In this document: piece after piece, positions 1-8,075 of the stretch
How the letters are laid out: every line of letters begins with the position of its first letter
Position numbering within the stretch: position 1 is the first letter of the stretch
Assembly (NCBI GenBank): GCA_963758495.1
Contig: CAVWVI010000004.1
Coordinates: 864,001-928,000, forward strand
DNA from: Oligoflexia bacterium
Lineage (GTDB): Bacteria > Bdellovibrionota > UBA1018
Length of the DNA: 64,000 nucleotides
Direction: 5' to 3'
Position numbers and translations under genes: made by a program
Notes under the pieces: model-generated
What the model saw: the letters and a program-made list of their open reading frames with translations, nothing else
Told to the model about the DNA's origin: nothing
Databases searched by the model: none

Positions 1-1
1 T

Positions 2-1045
2 TTGGCAATGGATTCCCTGATTTTTGAAGCAGAAGGTCTAAAAATTCCACATCCATCCTTACTCGATCGACCCTTCGCAATGCTCCCATTAGCCGATTTA
101 CTTCCGCAATGGAAATATCCTATTCCAGGCTCGAATTCAAACCGATCCGCCATGGAAATTGTGTCTCAATGGAAAGGGAAAGCACTTGAGCAAATTCCAT
201 CCCGTACTCACCGATCTACACAATGCCTCACTGAGTTCATGGGCATTTTAAATATCACACCCAATTCTTTTTCGGATGGAGGACGCTTTCTCAGTCCTGA
301 AGCTGTCTTAAATCAGGCACGCCAACTTGTTTCCGACGGGGTTCGAGTACTTGACTTGGGGGCAGAAGCGACGAACCCTTCTGCCACTCCGATTTCCCCC
401 GACGAAGAATGGCAACGACTTGAACCTATTATTGCCATGCTCCAATCAGAAGTATGGAATTCTACAGCTCCTGTACAATTAAGTTTAGACACACGACATG
501 CCGAAGTCGCCGTTCGCGGCATTCAATGTGGAGTGAACTGGATTAATGATGTAAGCGGTTTTGATGACATTGCGATGAGAAAAGCAGTAGTGGAATCGAA
601 TGTTCACCTAGTTATGATGCATAGCTTAGTGGTACCTGCGAACAAACAAATCAATTTATCCACCGATCGAGATCCAGTGTCTGAGATTCTCAGTTGGGCT
701 GAAAATAGAATTGAAACGCTTGTGAAATTAGGAATATCTCGTGAAAGAATTATTTTTGATCCGGGATTTGGATTCGGTAAGACCATTGAGCAATCGTGGA
801 TACTCCTCAGAGAAATGAGAAGATTTCACGAATTAGGAGTGAGAATTTTAGCAGGCCATTCACGAAAGTCTTTTCTTTCCTCGATTACCGGATCTAAGGC
901 AACCGAAAGAGACATTGAAACTGCCGCGCTGACCCTCGGTCTCGCTGAAAAAGGGGTCGACTACCTTCGAGTTCATAACGCCGAAATCAATGCACGTAGC
1001 CTCAAAAGCTGGACTCAATTCAACGGAGTCAGTCAATGGCAGTGA
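2..1045 (+). CDS. folKP: HPPK-dihydropteroate synthase fusion (FolK C-terminal part + FolP), truncated at the window start
   Basis: N-terminal LKIPHPSLLDRPFAMLPLADL is the HPPK C-terminal motif; DHPS motifs GILNITPNSFSDGG, LDTR, IIFDPGFGFGK, GHSRKSF, YLRVH. Confidence 0.9.
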   Translation: MAMDSLIFEAEGLKIPHPSLLDRPFAMLPLADLLPQWKYPIPGSNSNRSAMEIVSQWKGKALEQIPSRTHRSTQCLTEFMGILNITPNSFSDGGRFLSPEAVLNQARQLVSDGVRVLDLGAEATNPSATPISPDEEWQRLEPIIAMLQSEVWNSTAPVQLSLDTRHAEVAVRGIQCGVNWINDVSGFDDIAMRKAVVESNVHLVMMHSLVVPANKQINLSTDRDPVSEILSWAENRIETLVKLGISRERIIFDPGFGFGKTIEQSWILLREMRRFHELGVRILAGHSRKSFLSSITGSKATERDIETAALTLGLAEKGVDYLRVHNAEINARSLKSWTQFNGVSQWQ

Positions 1046-2325
1046 TGAGTTATTCTGAAATCATTCATGAACTAGAATCTAGAGGAGTTATGCCAGATCG
1101 AACTCCTAGCCTAGAGCCCATGCAGAACGCTTTAGAGATCTTATTACCCAAGCTCAACGTGGATCCGAGCAAGACCATCCTTGTCGCTGGCACAAATGGC
1201 AAGGGAAGTGTTTGTGCGACTCTCGAAGCGCTCTTTATGGCAGCGGGCGAAACTGTGGGACTCTACACCTCCCCTCACTTAGTAGATACTACTGAAAGAA
1301 TTCGGATTCAGGGCCAAGACATCTCTCAGGAGCTTTTTTCTCGAGCCTATCAACAAATTCTGAGAATATTAAATACTCCAGAAGCCTTAAATAAGATCCG
1401 TAATGTGAAATTTAGTCATTTTGAAATGCTGACTCTTATGGCTGCTTGGATTTTCTACTCCGGCAAAGACTCGCCTAGAGTGGATCGCTCCATTTTCGAA
1501 GTGGGCTTAGGAGGCACGTGGGATGCCACAAATGCAATTCCTCACACGAGTTGTGTCATTACTCCTTTAGGGTATGATCATCAGAATCTATTGGGCTCTA
1601 CATTGTCTGAAATCGCGAGTAATAAATTTGGAATTGTCACGAGAGAATCTGTCGTAGTTCACGCTCCCTTACCTGATGAGGTAAAAAAATACGCAAAGGA
1701 AGTTGAAGCACTCACTCACAGTAAATGGCGAGAATGTATTCCTTTTAATTTAAAAATAGACAAGAAAGAAAGAACTCCTATTTTTACTCTTCAAACTCCT
1801 TGGGGGGACGCTCCCTTATCTCTAGCGGGCAAACGTGCTGCCCAGAATTCTGCTATTGCCCTCACGTTGTTTCAAGAACTTGGATATGCGCCAAAACTTT
1901 ATCTTTCAGTGCTCAAGCACGTCCGCTGGCCAGGAAGAATGGAGAAAATCTCAAGTACTCAAACGGGTTGTCCGATTTACGTATCGGGAGATCATAATCC
2001 TCAAGGCATACAAAGCTTACTTGAGCTGCTCACTGATTATCCAAGAAATCATTTATTTATTTTAGCGGGTATTGGAAAAGACAAAGATCAGGATGGAATT
2101 TTAAACCCTCTTTTTTCCCTCGAAAATTCTTCTATTTATCTTACTGAGATTCCATTTCGAGGTCGCTCCATAAACGACTATGGAAGCTGGTTAAACCATG
2201 CCCAAGGGGCGTGGCCCGATCCCATGCAAGCTCTTCAAGAACTCATAAAATTAGCTAAGCCAAACGATATGATTCTCGTTACCGGCTCTTTATATCTTGT
2301 AGGGTACATTAAGCAGCAACTATAA
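1036..2325 (+). CDS. folC: Folylpolyglutamate synthase/dihydrofolate synthase
   Basis: VAGTNGKGS, LYTSPHL, FEVGLGGTWDATN, WPGRME, VTGSLYLVG; overlaps the folKP stop. Confidence 0.93.
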   Translation: MAVMSYSEIIHELESRGVMPDRTPSLEPMQNALEILLPKLNVDPSKTILVAGTNGKGSVCATLEALFMAAGETVGLYTSPHLVDTTERIRIQGQDISQELFSRAYQQILRILNTPEALNKIRNVKFSHFEMLTLMAAWIFYSGKDSPRVDRSIFEVGLGGTWDATNAIPHTSCVITPLGYDHQNLLGSTLSEIASNKFGIVTRESVVVHAPLPDEVKKYAKEVEALTHSKWRECIPFNLKIDKKERTPIFTLQTPWGDAPLSLAGKRAAQNSAIALTLFQELGYAPKLYLSVLKHVRWPGRMEKISSTQTGCPIYVSGDHNPQGIQSLLELLTDYPRNHLFILAGIGKDKDQDGILNPLFSLENSSIYLTEIPFRGRSINDYGSWLNHAQGAWPDPMQALQELIKLAKPNDMILVTGSLYLVGYIKQQL

Positions 2326-2397
2326 AATATGTATTTGGCCTTCAATGCATTTTCTCAATCTCTTCACCTTTGATCCTTTTAATTTTTAGGAGGCTGT

Positions 2398-2413
2398 TGG
2401 TCATGTTTTTGCA
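2398..2413 (+). promoter_or_regulatory. Putative sigma54 (-24/-12) promoter
   Basis: TGGTCATGTTTTTGCA with GG/GC at canonical spacing, about 30 nt upstream of ATG 2445. Confidence 0.55.
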
Positions 2414-2444
2414 GCGTTTAACAATAGTGGAGGAGGTAATATTT

Positions 2445-2837
2445 ATGGTTAGGAGAATCAGTACATTATTAGCACTTGGATTAGTAGTCCTTTGGATTGC
2501 CGGCTTAGGGAGCCCAACCAGTACCAGTTGGTTAACTTGGCTAGACGGATTAGCAGCACTGGCTGCATTTGGTATTGCAGCCTTGACTCCAACCTATGCA
2601 AGGAGGAGTGCTCGCATGGGTGAGCCGGTTGCTCTTTCAGTTGGATTATTTGCACTTTTTGTAATTGGGTTAGCAACTGGGGCCACTCTTTGGCAAGCCT
2701 GGTGGACATTTGCATTTGCCTGTGCGTTTTTGATCTTGGGATTCTCAGCAAGAGAGAGAAAACAAATCCCAGAAATGGCATCTCGGTCCCAATTAGAAAT
2801 AGAGCATGAGCGTGAAAAAATGCGTCGAAGCGCTTAA
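2445..2837 (+). CDS. SPW-repeat-like small membrane protein (about 4 TM)
   Basis: ATG 2445 preceded by GGAGGAGG; four hydrophobic helices with repeated W..W spacing. Confidence 0.55.
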   Translation: MVRRISTLLALGLVVLWIAGLGSPTSTSWLTWLDGLAALAAFGIAALTPTYARRSARMGEPVALSVGLFALFVIGLATGATLWQAWWTFAFACAFLILGFSARERKQIPEMASRSQLEIEHEREKMRRSA

Positions 2838-3235
2838 GCAGCACGAGCAGGTTCGTGAGTGAGTATCTCTACTAAAATCCTTAATGCATCAGTGGCAGTA
2901 AAAATGCCGATAATTTTTTGCGATCTGAGGATAACAGCATAATCACTTTTACTTTTCACCATCTCAGTCACAACGTCTGCCACTGCAGCATCGGGACTCA
3001 CGACATAACAATGTCGGCTCATCGCATCTGACACTAGCAATCGACGAGTGGATTGTACGGATAATGCTAGTCGCACATTAGAATAAAGAAGCACTCCAAG
3101 CAATGAGCCCACTTTCTCTACTGGGAGATGTCGAATTTTATAACGCTCCATTAACTCCAATGACTCTGTTAACGGAAAGTCTGGAGTTACAGTATAAGGC
3201 ATTGCCGTCATAAATTCTTTAATTTTTCCCATCAT
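2834..3235 (-). CDS. CBS domain pair protein
   Basis: IKEFMT..PYTV, IRHLPV, VSDAMS, IIGIFTATD; probable start 3235 with GAGGAA SD. Confidence 0.85.
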   Translation of the reverse strand: MMGKIKEFMTAMPYTVTPDFPLTESLELMERYKIRHLPVEKVGSLLGVLLYSNVRLALSVQSTRRLLVSDAMSRHCYVVSPDAAVADVVTEMVKSKSDYAVILRSQKIIGIFTATDALRILVEILTHEPARAA

Positions 3236-3335
3236 AAATTCCTCTTCGCTCAAAAATATTAAACCCTTGTAACAAAACAGGGGGAAATGCAAATTCCGCG
3301 CTGAGCAAAACCTCTCCGAGGCGCCAGGAAAAATA

Positions 3336-3968
3336 TTACGATACCATTTTATTACGTATTACCAACCGGTGGGTGCCTTTCTTTTTTGCCGCCTGAATCA
3401 GATTAATAATTCTTTCCGAAGGTCCACCTACTTCTAAAATAGAATTATCCTTGGCATAATCTAATGCGGATTTCTGAATGTGATCCTTCGCATTCAGATC
3501 AATATTATTCTTCTTAACAAGCAGCTCTACAACCTTGGCACAAGAATCCGAGGCAGCAAAAATCAAAGCGGTTCTTCCATCGGTATCCTTAGCATTCACA
3601 TCTGCATTATGTTGAAGAAGAATTTCTACCGCTTTTGGATAGCAATTTCGTGATGCAAGCATTAAGGCTGTCTCACCTGAGTCCGATGTACTGTTGGAAT
3701 CTGCTCCACTCTTGAGAAGAGTCTGTAACTCGTGCGTCCGCCCCTCCCTGGAAGCAATCCGCAATGAGCCATTCAGAATATTCTGCGGATCAAGCTCTAA
3801 TGAAATTCTCATCCCAGGGGTAGACCTTCTTGAATAATACTGAGGCATATCAGTCTCCCACATTGAATAATCGGCATAGGATAAATACGATCCCAAAATG
3901 GAGCTCCCGAAAACGAGCGTCAAAAAACACAATCTCATACTTTTAATTGAGAAAAAATGAGCGTTCAT
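3336..3968 (-). CDS. Secreted ankyrin-repeat protein
   Basis: Signal-like N-terminus; GETALMLAS, GRTALIFAA, ADVNAKD repeats; start uncertain (3968 or 3986). Confidence 0.85.
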   Translation of the reverse strand: MNAHFFSIKSMRLCFLTLVFGSSILGSYLSYADYSMWETDMPQYYSRRSTPGMRISLELDPQNILNGSLRIASREGRTHELQTLLKSGADSNSTSDSGETALMLASRNCYPKAVEILLQHNADVNAKDTDGRTALIFAASDSCAKVVELLVKKNNIDLNAKDHIQKSALDYAKDNSILEVGGPSERIINLIQAAKKKGTHRLVIRNKMVS

Positions 3969-4094
3969 AGGTTCCCCCGATAGCACTTTATAGCTACCTG
4001 CCCATCCTATAACATATTATTTTAAAAATAGTTTCTTATAGTTTTAGAGTACCCAGAAGCGTCGCTTTCTTTAGGTTTTAGCTGCTTGATCTAT

Positions 4095-4415
4095 TCATGA
4101 ATTCCATAATAAAACTGCAGTTTTTAATACACCTTGATAAAATAGATTAGAGACCAATTCAGTTTCCGATAAAATTGAAAAATCTATTCTTCGATCTCCC
4201 AATTTTTTCTTAAAGTGACTGAGAATACGAAATCTTTCTTTTACTAATTCTTTGGCTTTTTTGGAAGAACGCACAATCAGGAGAAGATCAATATCGCCCC
4301 CTCTAAGCGAAGCATCAATTCTACTTCCATAAAGATAAAGATTTCCCTCTCCTTCCTCTAATAAGGCAGAGAGCGTATCAATAAAAACGCTTATTTCTTC
4401 AGGCTTAAGTCTCAT
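4095..4415 (-). CDS. Minimal nucleotidyltransferase (MNT) antitoxin
   Basis: LYGSR...GGDIDLL Pol-beta motif, 106 aa, 3 nt downstream of the HEPN gene. Confidence 0.88.
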   Translation of the reverse strand: MRLKPEEISVFIDTLSALLEEGEGNLYLYGSRIDASLRGGDIDLLLIVRSSKKAKELVKERFRILSHFKKKLGDRRIDFSILSETELVSNLFYQGVLKTAVLLWNS

Positions 4416-4418
4416 ATT

Positions 4419-4853
4419 TTAAAGTTTATTTTTTAGTTCAATCAAAATAGGTGCTAACTCTCTCATTTTCTCAAAATCAGTAGAAAGTTTATTTTCTGAG
4501 TATTCATGAGCAGAAGAATTTCTTAACTCCCGAATAGTCATCCAAGTTTCTGAGTCATTTACAAGTCCTAGCTTTTCAGCTTGATCTACAAAATCCCTAA
4601 GCGACCCACGAAACGCAGGATCCCCTTTTAAAACATAACTTCTGACATATTTAGAAAGGAAAATATCACTCACTCGTCCAAAGCGAGCCACAAACCCCTC
4701 CCAAGTTTCCAAATCTTCTGTACTGAGCGTCTTTACATCTGAAGAAAGCTTTAAAATTTTTTTATAGCTATAAGCTAGGTGCTCAATTCCTTTTTTGATC
4801 TGACTACAATACTCGTTGAGAAGGTGGTCGATTAACATAATAAATACGATCAT
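4419..4853 (-). CDS. HEPN (HI0074/NTase substrate-binding type) toxin
   Basis: RELRNSSAHEY = Rx4H HEPN motif; FVARFGR, AEKLGLV. Confidence 0.85.
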   Translation of the reverse strand: MIVFIMLIDHLLNEYCSQIKKGIEHLAYSYKKILKLSSDVKTLSTEDLETWEGFVARFGRVSDIFLSKYVRSYVLKGDPAFRGSLRDFVDQAEKLGLVNDSETWMTIRELRNSSAHEYSENKLSTDFEKMRELAPILIELKNKL

Positions 4854-4865
4854 ATATCATCGCAA

Positions 4866-4881
4866 AGGTGATGACTCACCT
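4866..4881. promoter_or_regulatory. Palindrome upstream of the HEPN-MNT operon (candidate operator)
   Basis: AGGTGA-TGAC-TCACCT in the divergent HEPN/tRNA-Leu intergenic region. Confidence 0.35.
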
Positions 4882-4909
4882 AGAAAGAGGCATTCAAAGT
4901 AAAAAAGAC

Positions 4910-4918
4910 TGTTATAAT
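4910..4918 (+). promoter_or_regulatory. Extended -10 promoter for tRNA-Leu
   Basis: TGTTATAAT about 32 nt upstream of the tRNA. Confidence 0.5.
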
Positions 4919-4950
4919 CCCATAAAATAGATTAAGAATCATGACTCATT

Positions 4951-5035
4951 GCTCGCGTGGTGAAATTGGCAGACACGCTGGCCTTAGAAGCCAGTGCCGA
5001 GAGGCGTGGGGGTTCAAGTCCCTCCGCGAGCACCA
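4951..5035 (+). tRNA. tRNA-Leu (anticodon TAG)
   Basis: GCTCGCG...CGCGAGC-A-CCA acceptor stem, CTGGC-CTTAGAA-GCCAG anticodon arm, long variable arm, GGTTCAAGTCC T-arm. Confidence 0.97.
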
Positions 5036-5100
5036 AAATTCTATAATATCAAACAATTAAGCCTCTTTTTCAAACCATACATAATCGTAAAAAGTTCCTT

Positions 5101-5135
5101 TAGGGCTGTTGATAAGCACTCCTTGCAGTGCTTAC
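5101..5135. repeat. Dispersed hairpin repeat, internally collapsed copy (reverse orientation)
   Basis: TAGGGCTGTTGATAAGCACTCCTTGCAGTGCTTAC matches both ends of the element at 28285-28372 and the copy at 26326. Confidence 0.75.
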
Positions 5136-5138
5136 TCA

Positions 5139-5381
5139 TCATTCGTGATCTGAGTCACGACCTGAGCAAGGTTCGCCTTTTAGACTTATATGAGCATCAT
5201 GACAGCCATGTTGGGTACTCTCACGTAAATCTCCTCGCCCCCCGACGGCAAACTTAGAAAACAGCTTTTTTGTACTTTTATTATTACATTTCAAACACTT
5301 ACCCTGATCTGGGTCCGAATTAGAAGTAATTTGCTCAAATATACTCTGGCAGCTCTCACAATAATATTCATAAAGAACCAT
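5139..5381 (-). CDS. FmdB-family zinc-ribbon protein
   Basis: YEYYCESC..FE...CLKC....KKLFS motif. Confidence 0.85.
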   Translation of the reverse strand: MVLYEYYCESCQSIFEQITSNSDPDQGKCLKCNNKSTKKLFSKFAVGGRGDLRESTQHGCHDAHISLKGEPCSGRDSDHE

Positions 5382-5432
5382 AAACAAATATTATCATGTT
5401 TGCCCAAGATTGTTATATAGAGAGGACACTGC

Positions 5433-5510
5433 GACCTCGTAGCTCAGTTGGATTAGAGCAGGTGCCTTCTAAGCATCAGGTCGGGGGTTCGAACCCCTCC
5501 GAGGTCGCCA
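5433..5510 (+). tRNA. tRNA-Arg (anticodon TCT)
   Basis: GACCTCG...CGAGGTC-G-CCA, GGTGC-CTTCTAA-GCATC anticodon arm, GGTTCGAACCC T-arm. Confidence 0.97.
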
Positions 5511-5591
5511 TTTCTACCTATTTTTCATGTCGTTTGATTTTTCTAAGAAGATCGTTCAAGTCGGCCTCTCATCATTTCGGTGCTAAGTTTT

Positions 5592-7232
5592 TCATTTCTG
5601 TCTATCCTTTCTAGGGAGACTAAACGTAAACGTGCTCCCTTCCCCTGATTTACTCACCACTCTGATCGCTCCACCGTGAAGATTGATGATACTTTTAGAG
5701 ATGAATAACCCGAGCCCAAGGCCACTAGTCCGCACTTCCCGATCAGATAACCCTCTCCGAAACGGTTGAAAAAGCTCCGATTGCTGATCCTCAGGCACTC
5801 CAAGTCCATGGTCTTTAACGGAGACAGTCACAAGGCTGGGAGTGGCTTCAAGCGTAATTTCAACGGGTGTATTTTCAGGTGTATATTTGCTTGCATTATC
5901 GAGCAAATTTGAAATCACCTGATAAATTCTTATAGGATCTATGTTGATTTCGATAGGTACGTTAGGTTTTGAAAATGTAAAAAGTCGGGTGGACGATAGG
6001 AGCCTAAATGCATCGATGCACTCTGAAACCAGTGAAACGATATCGGTAAGCTGAAGTTTTAATTTCAAAATTCCTCGCTCTAGCCGTGAAACATCTAGAA
6101 GATCAACCACAAGACGGTAAAGGCGGTCAGCCTGCACACGCAGACGTTTTAAAGTTAAAATATCGACAGGACACCCCTTATTTTCAAGTTGCATTTGCGA
6201 AAGCTGGAGCATCAAAGTAAATGCGGTTACGGGAGTGCGTAGCTCATGAGCTGCAATATCCAGAAAGTGGGATTTTAAACGCATGACCCTTTCGGCGGTC
6301 TCGCGCGCCTCCCGCAAATCATGAACATCTGTATTTGTCCCGATCCAACGAACCACCTGACCCATTTCGTTCTTTACAGGAACGACTCGGGTCAGAAACC
6401 ATCGGAATTGTCCACTCCCAGATTTCAACAGAAGAGTTTGCTCGAAGGGCTCCTTGGTTTCAAGTGCCTTTCGCCAGGCTTCGAGCACTTGAGGGAGTTT
6501 GCTGGGATCGAGGACACGCTGCCATCCCCATCCTTTCATCTCCTCCGGGGTTGTTCCTGTAAAATTATACCATCGCTGATTGTACCAATATAAGTCGCCG
6601 TTAGGCTTGGCCATGTAAACGAGCTGTGGCATAGCGTCGGTCAAAGATCGAAAGATACTTTCGCTCTCACGGAGAGAGGAGGATCTTTCTTCGACTCTCT
6701 TTTCCAGGGTCTCATTAACAAGGCGAAGTTGCTCTTCGCTTTTCTTTAATTCGCTCTCTGCGGTCTTTCGTTCACTTACTTCTCGCTGAAGAACCTTATT
6801 TATTTCGGTCAGGTCCAAAGCCTGTTTCTCCAGTATCATGCCCCGTTGCGCTGCCACTGCCGCTGTCTCTGCGAGAGCAATGATTGGATGGCGAAGTCTG
6901 TATAGATGGATCCCTGTGCCAAGCGAAGCGATTGCAGTAATCGTTTTTATGAGTGCGGCGATCCAATAGTCTGGGTGCCAAAGCGTCCAGACCTCCATAA
7001 AGTGAGTGCAGCCACAGGCCCCAATAAAAACACCAAAACCGAGAATGACCAAGCTAAAAGGCACTTTGATGCGCCGAAGGAGGGCCCATACGGTCACTGA
7101 AATGCTGGCATAAGCCACTCCGATCAGGAGATCTGCGAACATCATTGTCCACACCAAACTTTGTTTACTTAGGTAGCAATGAACGTGCGGCATAAAGCCT
7201 GGGTTCGCAAAAAACTGGCTCAACATAAGCAA
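5592..7232 (-). CDS. Sensor histidine kinase: ETR1-like membrane domain + coiled coil + PAS + HisKA + HATPase
   Basis: FMPHVHCY, ADLLI..AY, FIGACGCTHF; PAS (YNQRW..FTG...GWGW); AHELRTP, NLLDNASKY, DHGLG, GLGLGL. Confidence 0.9.
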   Translation of the reverse strand: MLMLSQFFANPGFMPHVHCYLSKQSLVWTMMFADLLIGVAYASISVTVWALLRRIKVPFSLVILGFGVFIGACGCTHFMEVWTLWHPDYWIAALIKTITAIASLGTGIHLYRLRHPIIALAETAAVAAQRGMILEKQALDLTEINKVLQREVSERKTAESELKKSEEQLRLVNETLEKRVEERSSSLRESESIFRSLTDAMPQLVYMAKPNGDLYWYNQRWYNFTGTTPEEMKGWGWQRVLDPSKLPQVLEAWRKALETKEPFEQTLLLKSGSGQFRWFLTRVVPVKNEMGQVVRWIGTNTDVHDLREARETAERVMRLKSHFLDIAAHELRTPVTAFTLMLQLSQMQLENKGCPVDILTLKRLRVQADRLYRLVVDLLDVSRLERGILKLKLQLTDIVSLVSECIDAFRLLSSTRLFTFSKPNVPIEINIDPIRIYQVISNLLDNASKYTPENTPVEITLEATPSLVTVSVKDHGLGVPEDQQSELFQPFRRGLSDREVRTSGLGLGLFISKSIINLHGGAIRVVSKSGEGSTFTFSLPRKDRQK

Positions 7233-7242
7233 GAAATGGATT

Positions 7243-7258
7243 GCACGCTATATGCCCA
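7243..7258 (-). promoter_or_regulatory. Possible sigma54 promoter for the kinase
   Basis: Minus strand GGGCATATAGCGTGCA with GG/GC spacing; very close to the annotated start. Confidence 0.35.
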
Positions 7259-7301
7259 CATTGCGCATCCAATAACTGATTAGATCGATGAACTCAGGTC
7301 G

Positions 7302-8063
7302 CTAAAACTGTCGTTGATCTCGACGAGAGAGTACTTGGCCAGTTTGCGCATCAATTATAATTTGGTGTCCCTGTACCATAAAGCGATAAGCATAGTAAGC
7401 ATCTTGCCCCATCACCCAAATGACCTTGCTTCCACTGTCTTTTGAAGAGAATGCTTTCAGCTGTGCCTGTGCTTGACTTAAGACAGTCTTATTTCGAATA
7501 TGAACGTCAGACGTATAATCTGAGTAAAGCGCAATCAGTTCTCCTTTTGAACCTAAATCCACTTTAACACTTCCTACTGGTGCCAAAGGGATTCCGTCAT
7601 AAGTCTCATTAAAAAATACTTGCGCTGAAATAGACCCTTCCTTTGCAACCCCTTGATCCAAAGGCCAATTTGAACGCACGCCCAAGAGAGGACGTCCCTC
7701 ATGAATCACTTCCCGTGCTCTCATAATCACTTTCTCAGGATCATTAGGCCGAAAATCCGAATTGGCAAACTGTCCACTTCCAATAGTCCCATGAATAGCG
7801 ATCAATTTCCCATCAGGGGTAAACTCAGATTGAAGATCAGATCCAAACTTTGCTTTAAAGGCATTCCAATTTGGAAATTCTGATGGCGGTTTTTTCGTTA
7901 CATTCATGGGCACAGTTTTCAAAGTGTTTCCTATAGGAGTAGGTACGGAAAGAGGTTGGGTTACAACCGGAAGCACGTTTGCTTGATAAAATTTAAATAT
8001 TAATAAATTAATAAATATAATTAATATAAAAATTACTCTAGTTACTTTTTTCAATTGCCCCAT
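7302..8063 (-). CDS. Stand-alone FTP/PepSY (M4/M36 propeptide-like) protein with N-terminal membrane anchor
   Basis: VFFNETYDGIPL..SVKVDL..GE resembles FTP; AYYAYRF...IIIDAQTGQVL is PepSY-like. Confidence 0.7.
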   Translation of the reverse strand: MGQLKKVTRVIFILIIFINLLIFKFYQANVLPVVTQPLSVPTPIGNTLKTVPMNVTKKPPSEFPNWNAFKAKFGSDLQSEFTPDGKLIAIHGTIGSGQFANSDFRPNDPEKVIMRAREVIHEGRPLLGVRSNWPLDQGVAKEGSISAQVFFNETYDGIPLAPVGSVKVDLGSKGELIALYSDYTSDVHIRNKTVLSQAQAQLKAFSSKDSGSKVIWVMGQDAYYAYRFMVQGHQIIIDAQTGQVLSRRDQRQF

Positions 8064-8075
8064 ATCGAAAAAACC

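Noticed and set aside
4994..5614. ORFs 4994-5257 and 5396-5614
   Set aside because: They run through tRNA genes and a repeat; spurious
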